A stretch of DNA of 44,201 nucleotides, taken from a virus. Taxonomy: Duplodnaviria > Caudoviricetes. Position numbers and translations under genes: made by a program. This document shows, one piece after another, positions 34,475 through 43,787 of the stretch. Position 1 is the first letter of the stretch, and every line of letters begins with the position of its first letter. The notes under the pieces were generated by a model. That model made no database searches, was not told the origin of the DNA, and was given only the letters and a program-made list of their open reading frames with translations. The DNA is taken from positions 1 to 44,201 of the IMG/VR virus record IMGVR_UViG_3300048861_000253; one strand, written 5' to 3'.

Positions 34475-37400
34475 ATGCGCATCCACGGAGCGAAGGGCGG
34501 CGGATCGGCGAGTACGCCGACGGAATCGCCGGACAGCCTGCATTCAATCGCCTACGCGAAGGTGCTCGATCTTGTATCGGAAGGCCCGATCGTTGGTCTG
34601 GTGAATGGCCTGCAGTCGATCTATCTAGACGACACGCCGATCCAGAACAGCGACGGCTCGACGAACTTCTCGAACTATTCGGTCGACTCGCGACCCGGCA
34701 CGCAGGATCAGGCATATATGTCTGGATTCCCGGCGGTCGAGAACGAGGTCGCGGTAAGCGTTCCTCTGACCTCGGACACGCCCTGGGTGCATCAGCTTCA
34801 GGACACGCAGCTCACCGCGGCTCGCATCCGCTTCGGACTTCCTGCGTTCCAGCAGTCGAATCAGTCGACCGGCGACGTCACGGGATACCGCGTCGAGTAT
34901 GCGATCGATGTCGCTGTCGACGGCGGCGCATACGCGCAGGTGCTGACCGGTGCGTTCGATGGCAAGACGACGTCGCTGTATGAGCGCAGCGTGCGCATCG
35001 AGTTGCCGACGGCGACGACAGGCTGGCTCGTACGCGTGCGTCGGCTCACGGCTAATGCGCACAGCTCTCTGATCGCGGACACGGTCAACATCGAGGCCAT
35101 CACCGAGATCATCGACCGCAAGCTGCGCTATCCGATGAGCGCGCTCGTCGGCCTGTCGTTCGACGCGCAGTCGTTCAGTTCGGTACCGACGCGGTCCTAC
35201 GACATCAAGGGCGTGATCATCCGCGTGCCGTCGAACTACACGCCGGAGTCGCGCGCCTACTCCGGAACGTGGGACGGCACGTTCAAGACGGCGTGGACGG
35301 ACAACCCGGCGTGGATCTTCTATGACCTCGTATTGAACGATCGGTACGGCCTCGGGAAGCTGGTCGACGCTTCGATGATCGACAAGTGGAACCTGTATCA
35401 GATCGCGCAGTATTGCGACGTCACGGTGTCGGACGGCAAGGGCGGGCAGGAGCCCCGCTTCACCTGCAACGCCGTGATCCAGTCGCGCGCGGACGCATAC
35501 AAGGTGCTTCAGGATCTTGCGACCGTGTTCCGCGGCATCGCGTATTGGGGACCTGGGCAGGTTGTTGCGAACGCGGATATGCCGCAGGATCCTGACTATG
35601 TCTACACGGGCGCGAATGTCGTCGACGGGGCGTTTGAATATGTCGGATCGTCGCGCAAGACGCGCTACACGACCGCGCTGATCAGCTGGAACGACCCAGC
35701 GAATAGCTACCAGCAGGCCGTCGAGTATGTGCCGGACGAGGACGGCATGGCGCGCTACGGCGTGATGAAGGCCGAAATCACCGCATTCGGTACCACGTCG
35801 CAGGGACAGGCGCATCGCCTCGGCCTCTGGACGTTGCTCACCAGCCGCTACGAGACGAACACGGTTTCGTTCAAGGTCGGACTCGATGCAACGCTTTGCC
35901 CGCCAGGCACCGTCATCGCGGTCGCCGATCCTGCGAAAGCGGGGCGCCGCACCGGCGGTCGACTGCGCGCGGCGAGCGGCCGCGTCGTGACGCTGGACAA
36001 GGCACCGACGATTTCGGCCGGCGATACGCTGACCGTCATCCTGCCGACAGGCTTGGCGCAAAAGCGGACCGTGCAAAGCGTGGCAGGCGACGCCGTTACG
36101 GTCTCTGACGTCTTCACGACGCCGCCGACCGCCGGCGCAATCTGGATGGTTGAGAGCGCGGATCTCGCTTCGCAGCTTTTCCGCATCGTCAGCGTGCAAG
36201 AGTCGGACGACGACGGCCAGATCACCTACACGATCAACGCGACTCAGTACGAGCCCGGCAAGTATGCCGCGATCGACAACGGCGCGGCGATCCAGGTGCG
36301 ACCGATCACGGTTATTCCGCCGTCCGTGCAGGCGCCGCCGGCCAACGTGCGCGTATCGACATACTCGGTCGTCGATCAGGGCATTTCGAAGACGATCATG
36401 GTCATCGCCTGGGATGCGGCGGACAAAGCAGTCTCCTATCTGCCCGAATGGAGAAAGGACAACGGCGAGTGGGTCGCGATGAACGCGACAGGCGGCCTGC
36501 AGGCGGAAGTGCAAGGCATCTACCAAGGAACGTATCTCGCCCGCGTGCGCGCGCAGAACGCCATGGGCGTCACGTCGATTCCGGCGTACGGAGTCGACAC
36601 GGCGCTGACCGGCAAGACGAGCCCGCCGCCTGCGCTCGTATCGCTCACGACGACGACACAGGTTTTCGCGATCCAAGTTGACTGGGCTTTCCCGGCCGAC
36701 GGCTCGGCAGGCGACACCGCATACACCGAACTCTGGTACAGCAAGACGAACGACCGCAGCACTGCAACGCGTCTTTCGCTGTACCCGTACCCGCAAGCGC
36801 GCGCGAGTTTGATGGGGCTCGCAGCTGGGCAGTCGTTCTACTTCTGGGGCCGGCTCATCGATACAACGGGCAACGTCGGCCCGTGGTACCCGACCACGAC
36901 GCAGGGTGTGCGCGGCGACAGCAGCAGCGATGCCGACGAGATCCTCTCGTATCTCACGGGCCAGATCACGCAGACGCAACTCGGACAGGATGTGCTCGCG
37001 CCAATTCAGGCGATTCCCGGCATCCAGCAGGACGTTTCGAAGAATGCGGCAGCGATCTCGAAAGAGACGACAGATCGAACTGCCGCCCTCACGGCGGAAG
37101 CGCAGGCGCGCGCTCAAGCGATCGCTGACGAGGCGACCGCTCGCGGAGCTGCTGTCACGTCTGAGCAGACAGCGCGCGAAAATGCGGATAGCGCTCTCGG
37201 GCAGCGAATCGACACCGTAACGGCGTCCACGGGCACGAATGCAACGGCGATTCAGCAGGAAGTGACGGCACGGACCAACGCGGATACAGCGTTGGGTTCA
37301 CGCATCGATACTGTGGTCACGCGTGTCGGGAACAACGAGACTGCGATCACCAGCGAGGCAACGGCGCGCGCGAGCGGAGATTCTGCGCTGGGCACGCGCA

Positions 37401-38353
37401 TCGACACGCTGACATCGACGGTAAACGGCAATACGTCGGCGATTACGGCGGAAGCGCAGACGCGTGCAGACGCAGACTCGGCGCTGACCACGCGCGTTGA
37501 TCAGGTGAGCGCGCAGGTCGTCATTCCGCCGATGGCCGGGAGCACGGGCGACTATGCCGGGTCAACGACGATCTATGCCGGTGTGTGGTCGGAGCAGAGC
37601 GCTCGCGCCGAGGCTGATCTCGCTCTCGGGCAGAAGGTCGACACCGTCACGGCTCAGATGCTATCGGGCGATGCGCAGTCGATCGCCGCTGTTCAGACCG
37701 AAACGCAGGCGCGGATCGATGCTGACGGCGCGATGGCTAGTCAGATCACGACCGTCACGGCGCAGGTCGGGCAAAATGCGGCGGCGATTCAGCAGGAGAG
37801 CACGGCGCGCGCGGACGCCGACAGCGCGCAGGCGACCGAGATCACCACGCTTCAGACCACGGTCGGCCAGAACTCTGCGGCGATCCAGACGAACGCGAAT
37901 TCGTACGCGGACATCAACGGCCGCGTCGCGGCGTCATACCAGATCAAGACGCAGATCACGACGAACGGCCGCACCTACATCGCGGGTATTGGCGTCGGCG
38001 TGGACAACACGAGCGGCACAGTCGAGTCGCAAGTACTGGTTGCGGCGAGCCGGTTCGCGGTGCTCGACCCGAATGGATCTGCGGTGTCGGCGCCCTTCGT
38101 GATTCAGGGCGGACAGACGTTCCTTAGCCAGGCGTTCATCGGCACGGCGTGGATCCAGAACGCCAACATTGGCGACATCATCCAATCGACCGCGGTCGGC
38201 GCGAATGGGCAGCCGCGCTGGAAGCTCGACAAGAACGGAACGCTCACGATGAACGGTGCGAACGCCGGTTCCGGCTACCTGACAATCAGCGACTCGACTC
38301 TGCAGGTCTACGACAACAACGGCACGCTGCGCGTGCGCTTGGGGCTCTGGTAA
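34475..38353 (+). CDS. Central tail tip / host specificity protein J
   Basis: 1292 aa; SEGPI.G, W.DNPAW, EPRF; C-terminal coiled-coil repeats and DUF1983-like YIAGIG. Confidence 0.95.
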   Translation: MRIHGAKGGGSASTPTESPDSLHSIAYAKVLDLVSEGPIVGLVNGLQSIYLDDTPIQNSDGSTNFSNYSVDSRPGTQDQAYMSGFPAVENEVAVSVPLTSDTPWVHQLQDTQLTAARIRFGLPAFQQSNQSTGDVTGYRVEYAIDVAVDGGAYAQVLTGAFDGKTTSLYERSVRIELPTATTGWLVRVRRLTANAHSSLIADTVNIEAITEIIDRKLRYPMSALVGLSFDAQSFSSVPTRSYDIKGVIIRVPSNYTPESRAYSGTWDGTFKTAWTDNPAWIFYDLVLNDRYGLGKLVDASMIDKWNLYQIAQYCDVTVSDGKGGQEPRFTCNAVIQSRADAYKVLQDLATVFRGIAYWGPGQVVANADMPQDPDYVYTGANVVDGAFEYVGSSRKTRYTTALISWNDPANSYQQAVEYVPDEDGMARYGVMKAEITAFGTTSQGQAHRLGLWTLLTSRYETNTVSFKVGLDATLCPPGTVIAVADPAKAGRRTGGRLRAASGRVVTLDKAPTISAGDTLTVILPTGLAQKRTVQSVAGDAVTVSDVFTTPPTAGAIWMVESADLASQLFRIVSVQESDDDGQITYTINATQYEPGKYAAIDNGAAIQVRPITVIPPSVQAPPANVRVSTYSVVDQGISKTIMVIAWDAADKAVSYLPEWRKDNGEWVAMNATGGLQAEVQGIYQGTYLARVRAQNAMGVTSIPAYGVDTALTGKTSPPPALVSLTTTTQVFAIQVDWAFPADGSAGDTAYTELWYSKTNDRSTATRLSLYPYPQARASLMGLAAGQSFYFWGRLIDTTGNVGPWYPTTTQGVRGDSSSDADEILSYLTGQITQTQLGQDVLAPIQAIPGIQQDVSKNAAAISKETTDRTAALTAEAQARAQAIADEATARGAAVTSEQTARENADSALGQRIDTVTASTGTNATAIQQEVTARTNADTALGSRIDTVVTRVGNNETAITSEATARASGDSALGTRIDTLTSTVNGNTSAITAEAQTRADADSALTTRVDQVSAQVVIPPMAGSTGDYAGSTTIYAGVWSEQSARAEADLALGQKVDTVTAQMLSGDAQSIAAVQTETQARIDADGAMASQITTVTAQVGQNAAAIQQESTARADADSAQATEITTLQTTVGQNSAAIQTNANSYADINGRVAASYQIKTQITTNGRTYIAGIGVGVDNTSGTVESQVLVAASRFAVLDPNGSAVSAPFVIQGGQTFLSQAFIGTAWIQNANIGDIIQSTAVGANGQPRWKLDKNGTLTMNGANAGSGYLTISDSTLQVYDNNGTLRVRLGLW

Positions 38354-38667
38354 TGGCGGCAGGACTTCAGATATGGGACGCATCGGGTCGGCTCGTCGTC
38401 GACTTCACTACGCGTCTCGCACGCATCGTTGGCTCGGCAGTTATCGATGGAACTGCGGGTCAGCGAACAGACCCGGCGCTCGCTCAAGGCGACATCTTCA
38501 TTGCATTCCAGCAGCAGAGCCTTTGGGGCTTTATCGACATGGATGTGAGCCGTCCCATTTTCACGGTTCCTGGTCGTGGCGGCACAACGATCAGTTGGAC
38601 ATATTCGCCTGCCAATGGAGTGCACAACATGAAGATCCAAGGCGTCGTTTTCTACGGGATAAAGTGA
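38353..38667 (+). CDS. Tail tip accessory protein
   Basis: GLQIWD..G start, ends FYG; coupled to J. Confidence 0.8.
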   Translation: MAAGLQIWDASGRLVVDFTTRLARIVGSAVIDGTAGQRTDPALAQGDIFIAFQQQSLWGFIDMDVSRPIFTVPGRGGTTISWTYSPANGVHNMKIQGVVFYGIK

Positions 38668-39425
38668 TGCCAGCCGGATTTCAGTGCTTCGCCGCCGACG
38701 GAACAAACACAATCCAGATCGATAGCGACTCAGGCCTGCCGAATTTCCAGCTGCGCCAGAAGATCACGCAGACCATGGCGAGCGGGCCCATCCCTGTCTA
38801 CAAGGTCGCTAGTGGGCAGCAGTACACATCAAACGGCCCTCAGACGACGTTCTCCTTCTATGCTGTCACACCGCTGGTCGTGTTCGAATGCAACGGCGCT
38901 CACATTTGCCCCCATGCATGGACAAGATCAGGAAACAACAACACCGTTACGGTGGTGGGAGATGCTGCCGCCTCTGTATCGATCTACGTGTTCGACCAGA
39001 ACGACTTCAGCGTTACGGCGAACAGGTACGGAATGCAGGTGTTCAACGCGTCAGGTGTGCTGGTCGCCGACGCGGTTGCGGCGTTCGCTAGGCCGGTCGG
39101 CTTCTCGCAAGGAAATCCGAAATACGCATACGGTTCGACCGGCTTCACGACCGACAGCGGCACATGGGGAACCGACCAGGGCACGAGCACGTTCTCGGTC
39201 GTCGAGCGCGTCGGCATCGCGTGTGTGCAGCCCGCCTTTGCGATTGGCGGCTCCGCGGGCGGTGCATCCAACGCAGGCATCAACCTTTCGACGTTTCGGA
39301 CGTACGGCAACGCCATCAACGCAAACATGACGACGTTCGGCGACAACCGGAACAACAACAACTACGTCGGCTTTCGTGAGGCTCTCAGCTGGAGCTATAT
39401 GGCCGTCGACATTTCCTATCTGTGA
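38667..39425 (+). CDS. Tail tip accessory / possible receptor-binding protein
   Basis: M.AGFQ..IQID, YVFD...YGMQVFN..G; beta-rich. Confidence 0.75.
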   Translation: MPAGFQCFAADGTNTIQIDSDSGLPNFQLRQKITQTMASGPIPVYKVASGQQYTSNGPQTTFSFYAVTPLVVFECNGAHICPHAWTRSGNNNTVTVVGDAAASVSIYVFDQNDFSVTANRYGMQVFNASGVLVADAVAAFARPVGFSQGNPKYAYGSTGFTTDSGTWGTDQGTSTFSVVERVGIACVQPAFAIGGSAGGASNAGINLSTFRTYGNAINANMTTFGDNRNNNNYVGFREALSWSYMAVDISYL

Positions 39426-39432
39426 GGCAGAC

Positions 39433-39747
39433 ATGCCAGTCGCACTGAATTACACGACCCCCAGCACCTGGGCGGTCGCCGACTATCACGTCGTGCAACA
39501 AATCAACCTCGACTTCGTTTCCTCGACCTGCACCGCGACCGTCGCCTCGTTCCTGTCCAAGGAAGCGAAGGACGCTGGAAAGTCGCCGATCTATGCGCAG
39601 CAGATCGCGCTCGAGGGCGTGCCCTCGTCCGGTGCTGATCCCAAGGCATACGTCGAGGGGATGCTCATCGAGCCACAGCCGGCCGACGTGACGATCCCGC
39701 CCTACGCGAATCGTTACGTCTTCGCCGGTGGCACGATCGTCGAGTAA
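39433..39747 (+). CDS. Hypothetical tail-region protein
   Basis: GAGG RBS; ends FAGGTIVE before terminator. Confidence 0.75.
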   Translation: MPVALNYTTPSTWAVADYHVVQQINLDFVSSTCTATVASFLSKEAKDAGKSPIYAQQIALEGVPSSGADPKAYVEGMLIEPQPADVTIPPYANRYVFAGGTIVE

Positions 39748-39767
39748 TGCGCAGCAGATGAAAGCAC

Positions 39768-39797
39768 AGCCGCCCTTTGGCCAGGGCGGCTTTTTTT
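39768..39797 (+). terminator. Intrinsic terminator after tail genes
   Basis: AGCCGCCCT-6nt-AGGGCGGCT followed by T-run. Confidence 0.85.
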
Positions 39798-39837
39798 ATG
39801 CCCGGACGACCGGCGACAGTACGAGGTGAAGAATTCC

Positions 39838-40170
39838 ATGCCATTGCCTGAGTGGTCACAGAACACCGGAATGGGCGCGGTTGGCGCGCTGGCGTTCCGT
39901 TGGATCTGGCAGGAGGTACGGAGCCGGCGCAAAGACATTCAGGTCGATCAATCCGAAGCGCTCGCCCTCAAGAACATGAGGGACGAGATCGCGCGGCTGA
40001 CCGAGCGCATCGATTCTCTGGAAAGGAAGCTCGACGAGCGTGATGTGGAAGTCGAGGCGGAGCGCAAGCTCCGGCGCATCGCCGAGAACGAGCTCGACCA
40101 GGAGCGTCGCCGGAGCGCGGGACTGGAGGATCGGATCGCCGAACTGGAGAGCGAACTTGCCAAATCTTAG
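39838..40170 (+). CDS. N-terminal hydrophobic segment plus coiled-coil protein, lysis region
   Basis: GMGAVGALAFRWIW then charged heptads; start could be GTG 39826. Confidence 0.75.
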   Translation: MPLPEWSQNTGMGAVGALAFRWIWQEVRSRRKDIQVDQSEALALKNMRDEIARLTERIDSLERKLDERDVEVEAERKLRRIAENELDQERRRSAGLEDRIAELESELAKS

Positions 40171-40696
40171 TCAGTGGTGGCGTGCCAGCAAGCTGCTAAT
40201 CGCCGTAGGTCTGCTGGTGCTAGTTGCAGGCTTCGCGGGCGCGCAGTGGCAGTCGCGCGCCGATTCCGACGAACGCGCGGTGCTGATTGACCGTTTCCCG
40301 AAGGTCAGAGCAGAAGAGCGCGCGGCATGCACGCGGGAGTTCACGGCGCAGATTAACGGCCTGACGGCGCTCAACGAGCAGGGTAGGCAGGCGCTCGACG
40401 ACATCCGTGCACAGATGGAAGACACGCACGATGTTGTCGCCTACACGCTGCGCTTCCTCGGCGACCGCGCCAGGCTGACCGACGCGCGCCAAGCGGCGCT
40501 GATCAAGCAGACGCGGCAGGCGGCGGCCGCCGCCACCATCGCAGCGCAGAAGACGGAAGCCGTCGAGCAGAAGGTGACCGTCGCCACGGCGAAAGCGGTC
40601 GAGGCCGCGAGCACGGCGAAGGCCGTAGACAAGAAGCTGGATACAGCCGTGCGGCCCCCGCTGCCGCCGCAACCGTGGATAGGTAACCGCCGCTGA
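40157..40696 (+). CDS. Single-TM helical protein, lysis region
   Basis: GGAG RBS with TTG start; LLIAVGLLVLVAGFAGA TM; Ala-rich helix. Confidence 0.7.
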   Translation: MPNLSQWWRASKLLIAVGLLVLVAGFAGAQWQSRADSDERAVLIDRFPKVRAEERAACTREFTAQINGLTALNEQGRQALDDIRAQMEDTHDVVAYTLRFLGDRARLTDARQAALIKQTRQAAAAATIAAQKTEAVEQKVTVATAKAVEAASTAKAVDKKLDTAVRPPLPPQPWIGNRR

Positions 40697-40718
40697 TTGC
40701 ATCACCGCTTTCAACACC

Positions 40719-40743
40719 AGCCCGGCCGCGCGCCGGGCTTTTT
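40719..40743 (+). terminator. Intrinsic terminator before holin
   Basis: AGCCCGGC-5nt-GCCGGGCT-TTTT. Confidence 0.75.
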
Positions 40744-40759
40744 CATTTCTGGAGGGCAT

Positions 40760-41044
40760 ATGCCTCTCATCCCGTTCACCCGCTGGCGGCTCACGCTCGC
40801 CGCGGGGTGGCAGAAGCTGCACACGCGCGGCACGGTCATCGCCGGCGCCGCTTTCACCGCGCTCGCCGGCGCGGGGCCGCTCATCTCTCAGGCGTGGTCC
40901 GGCATGCCACACGAGCTGCGCGACGTGATCCCGCAGAACGTGCAGCAGTGGATCGCGTACACGCTGTTCGGCCTGAGCTTCATCGCTATCCGCTACACGT
41001 CGGTGCACCGCGTGCCGAAGGAGGGCGGCGATGAATCTCAATGA
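40760..41044 (+). CDS. Putative holin (2 TM)
   Basis: GGAGG RBS; two hydrophobic segments; overlaps endolysin candidate. Confidence 0.7.
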   Translation: MPLIPFTRWRLTLAAGWQKLHTRGTVIAGAAFTALAGAGPLISQAWSGMPHELRDVIPQNVQQWIAYTLFGLSFIAIRYTSVHRVPKEGGDESQ

Positions 41045-41534
41045 CGTCATCCGCACGGCGATTGCGCCGGCGCTCGCCATCCTGCCGTACCAGATGGATA
41101 CAGGCGAGGCGCGGGTCATGATGCTCAGCATCGGCCTGCAGGAGTCTCGCTTCACGATGCGGCAGCAGATGGGCGGCGGCCCGGCGCGCGGCTTCTGGCA
41201 GTGCGAGCAGGGAACGCAGGCGAGCCGCGGCGGTGTGTGGGGCTTCTACCTGCACCCGGCGAGCCGCTACTGGCTGAGCGTGCTTTGCAAGGCGCGCGGC
41301 GTCGCGTTCGACCCCGTGTCGATTTACAGCGCGCTCGACAAAGACGACGTGCTCGCCGCCGGCGTTGCGCGGCTTGGACTCTTCACCGATCCGAAGCGCC
41401 TGCCGGAGATCGACGACTCGGTCGGTTCGTGGAATCTCTACCAGCGCGTGTGGCGCCCGGGCAAGCCGAAGCCCGACGCGTGGCCGGCGCTGCATGCACA
41501 GGCCGTCGCGGCCGTTACCGGAGAAAACACATGA
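41031..41534 (+). CDS. Putative endolysin (lysozyme-like fold)
   Basis: IGLQESRF...GGPARGFWQCE (Glu-Ser then G-x-x-Q); position between holin and spanins. Confidence 0.7.
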   Translation: MNLNDVIRTAIAPALAILPYQMDTGEARVMMLSIGLQESRFTMRQQMGGGPARGFWQCEQGTQASRGGVWGFYLHPASRYWLSVLCKARGVAFDPVSIYSALDKDDVLAAGVARLGLFTDPKRLPEIDDSVGSWNLYQRVWRPGKPKPDAWPALHAQAVAAVTGENT

Positions 41535-41914
41535 TCGAACTCTTGATGAAGCTCGGGCCATGGATTCTGACCGGCCTGGCGGCCGCGTGGGCACTGTTCA
41601 CGCACCTCAATGCGAAATCAAAGGTCGCGGACGTGCAAAAGCAGGCGACGGTCGACGTCGCGGTCGCGCAGGCGCAACAGCACGTGGCGGAAGACAACCT
41701 CAACGCGCGCAAGACGGCTGACGTCCAGGCGGACGCCGATGCGGCAAAGACAGCGGCCACGGCCGCACTGGAGCGAAGCAATGTGGAAAACTCTCAAGCT
41801 GCTCTCGATGACGCTGCTGCTCGCGACCAGCTTATCCGGATGCTTCACGGCTCCGGTGGCGACAACCCAGGCACCGGCCAAGGAAGTGCCGGGACCGACC
41901 CGGGTCGTGGATAA
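41531..41914 (+). CDS. i-spanin (Rz-like)
   Basis: N-terminal TM then Ala-rich helix; overlapped by lipoprotein gene. Confidence 0.8.
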   Translation: MIELLMKLGPWILTGLAAAWALFTHLNAKSKVADVQKQATVDVAVAQAQQHVAEDNLNARKTADVQADADAAKTAATAALERSNVENSQAALDDAAARDQLIRMLHGSGGDNPGTGQGSAGTDPGRG

Positions 41915-42062
41915 CTCGTGCCTGTATTTCAAGCCGGAGACGCCGACCGACGCGGACGTGCGCACGATGTCCCGGTCCTTCCTAGATCAGGTCACTGCGA
42001 ACCTGAGGATGGGGATCGCGCACTGCGGGTGGAAGCTGAAAGCTCCGCCGATCCAGCGTTAA
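41781..42062 (+). CDS. o-spanin (Rz1-like lipoprotein)
   Basis: GGAG RBS; signal MWKTLKLLSMTLLLATS-LSGC lipobox; Pro-rich; C-terminal CGW. Confidence 0.82.
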   Translation: MWKTLKLLSMTLLLATSLSGCFTAPVATTQAPAKEVPGPTRVVDNSCLYFKPETPTDADVRTMSRSFLDQVTANLRMGIAHCGWKLKAPPIQR

Positions 42063-42823
42063 GACTTCACGCCGTTCCGCTTTGCCCCATTTGGTTTGAC
42101 CCACTCGATACGATAGTTCCATCCAGGTTCAGGATCGGCGATCTGATGACTGTAGGACTTCGTCATTGTGTTGAACGACACTGTGCCTAGCTCCTCGACT
42201 TTCCCCGCCGGCTTATTGATTGGGCGGCGAGTGATCGTTGCGATTTTTCCATGCTGGGTCTTGTTTGCATGGAGCAGTTCCACTCGAAAATTGAGTAAGC
42301 GGACGGGCTGCTCGACATTCATCGCTAGATACGGTGAAGATTTGCCGTCAGTGTCGTCAAGTTCCATGCGCATGTGCAAGACTTCGACGTCGTTGAACAT
42401 ACGTATCCGAGGGAAGGTCAGTACGACTTCCTTCATCGATTCCCCCTCGATCGGGCGTATCGATGAAACCGTCTGTAGATCAGAGCGGATGACGGGATCC
42501 TTTGAACCTGACCAAAAGAAATGATGGCGGAACACACGCTCATAAGCCTTCTTGATCTGGATATGGCGAAATAGTTCGTAAGTAATCCTACAGCCGTCGG
42601 ACGTTGTATATCGCGCGAACGCCGATAACGGCAGGTATCCGCGGGGGTAGTGTTGCTTTGAGAAAGTGTCGAAAGCTTTGCGGGCACGCCAAGCGATGTA
42701 TGCCATGCAACTTATGAACGCCACCAGAGCGACCCAAGGCTTCCATTGCGCCCCGACTAGGTCAGTGCCGCTTACCCCTGCAATCCCGGCAAGGGATGCG
42801 ATGTTCCCAAAAAACCGCCACAT
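42059..42823 (-). CDS. Moron: membrane-anchored protein with beta-rich C-terminal domain, function unknown
   Basis: 254 aa, visibly lower GC, GAGG RBS, TTAACA-16-TATAAC upstream; convergent with lysis genes. Confidence 0.85.
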   Translation of the reverse strand: MWRFFGNIASLAGIAGVSGTDLVGAQWKPWVALVAFISCMAYIAWRARKAFDTFSKQHYPRGYLPLSAFARYTTSDGCRITYELFRHIQIKKAYERVFRHHFFWSGSKDPVIRSDLQTVSSIRPIEGESMKEVVLTFPRIRMFNDVEVLHMRMELDDTDGKSSPYLAMNVEQPVRLLNFRVELLHANKTQHGKIATITRRPINKPAGKVEELGTVSFNTMTKSYSHQIADPEPGWNYRIEWVKPNGAKRNGVKS

Positions 42824-43211
42824 TGCCGCTCGGCCTCGCAAACTTGTAGTTATAAAAAGCGAAGGGCGCCTGTTAAGCGCCCTAGCTAGAGGATTGTGAT
42901 GTCAGAACATTACGAAGCGTCGCCGCCCATATGAAACCTCCAAAAAGTTACCTGCGCAGTCTGATCGCGACCTGTACCACCGCTCCTCACGCAACTCCCG
43001 TACCGCGATCGAATTTTAAACTAATGATTGTCCGGGACGATTGAAACTAGCTATTGCAGCGTTTCACCCTATTGAATCTTGTCCTCATGTGCGCTGTTTT
43101 CAAGCGCAACTTCTTTACGGATGTCACGGGAGAAACTTGAGCCACTTTCGCTGTTGGATTTGCGCTGCTTCACAGACGGCGATCGGACGAACATCCGCGC
43201 CGCGATGATCA

Positions 43212-43227
43212 CTGTATGGATGTACAG
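43212..43227. promoter_or_regulatory. LexA (SOS) box
   Basis: CTGTATGGATGTACAG matches CTGT-N8-ACAG; overlaps minus-strand TATACT -10 at 43226-43231. Confidence 0.8.
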
Positions 43228-43267
43228 TATAAACGCCGGATGTCGTCGCCGGGACCGTTGCCTTTTC

Positions 43268-43338
43268 GTTCCGCAAAAAATTCAGGCGCCGCGCAGTACA
43301 AGGCCGAGACGGGTGCCGAAAGCGACCATTTGCGGAAC
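43268..43338. repeat. Candidate integrase arm-type sites
   Basis: GTTCCGCAAA (43268-43277) and its perfect inverse TTTGCGGAAC (43329-43338) just inside att. Confidence 0.55.
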
Positions 43339-43378
43339 AGAATTTAATCTAAGGTATTGGTTTACCGACGAAATAGTG

Positions 43379-43446
43379 TGGGCTTCAAACCCAGTTGGGG
43401 ATGTCAGACATTCCCAGGTCGGTTCGACTCCGGCTGCCTTCCGCCA
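43379..43446 (+). repeat. selC: attR: 3' part of tRNA-Sec (anticodon arm to CCA), not an intact tRNA
   Basis: TGGG-CTTCAAA-CCCA with UCA anticodon, long variable arm, GGTTCGACTCC T-arm, GCCTTCCGCCA end; upstream sequence cannot form the acceptor stem. Confidence 0.9.
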
Positions 43447-43568
43447 AGCGTCACATCGTTGTTTCGGGCGACTGGCTCAACGAACCCTCACCGTGTAGCG
43501 TCCCGCGCCGACCGCTACGCACGACGCGCCGGTCGGTTCCTGCGATGCGGCGCGGCCTGACGTGTCTT

Positions 43569-43787
43569 TCAGCCTCGCGTATCAATCCAGTCGCGCGCCC
43601 AGCGGCGCGAATATTCGACCGCATCGGCTTCCCTCGCAAAGTAATCGAGCGAGAAAAAGCGATACTGCGAGTCAGTCGGACGGATATCCGGGCGCTCGAT
43701 CAGCAAGTTGGCTGAAAAGGTTTCGTCGCACAGGCGATGCGCGAATGCGTGTACCGCATAACCGCGGTATTGATTAACTTGTGTCAT
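43569..43787 (-). CDS. Host small hypothetical protein (72 aa)
   Basis: YRGY...WARDWID; outside att. Confidence 0.75.
   Translation of the reverse strand: MTQVNQYRGYAVHAFAHRLCDETFSANLLIERPDIRPTDSQYRFFSLDYFAREADAVEYSRRWARDWIDTRG

Larger units (their letters stand above)
1..43446. mobile_element. Lambdoid prophage (HK97-type head, lambda-like non-contractile tail) integrated at tRNA-Sec; attL presumably just left of the window
   Basis: Complete module order int-xis-early-cI/cro-replication-Q-packaging-head-tail-lysis, ending in a duplicated tRNA-Sec 3' fragment; host-type genes follow. Confidence 0.95.

Noticed and set aside
34625-37117. 830-aa antisense ORF
   Set aside because: Mirror of J; Arg-rich, no domain features
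31033-39747. DGR or invertible tail-fibre system
   Set aside because: No reverse transcriptase, invertase, template repeat or inverted fibre cassette seen
43340-43446. Intact tRNA-Sec gene
   Set aside because: No 5' acceptor strand (GGAAGGC-like) or D-arm upstream of the anticodon stem
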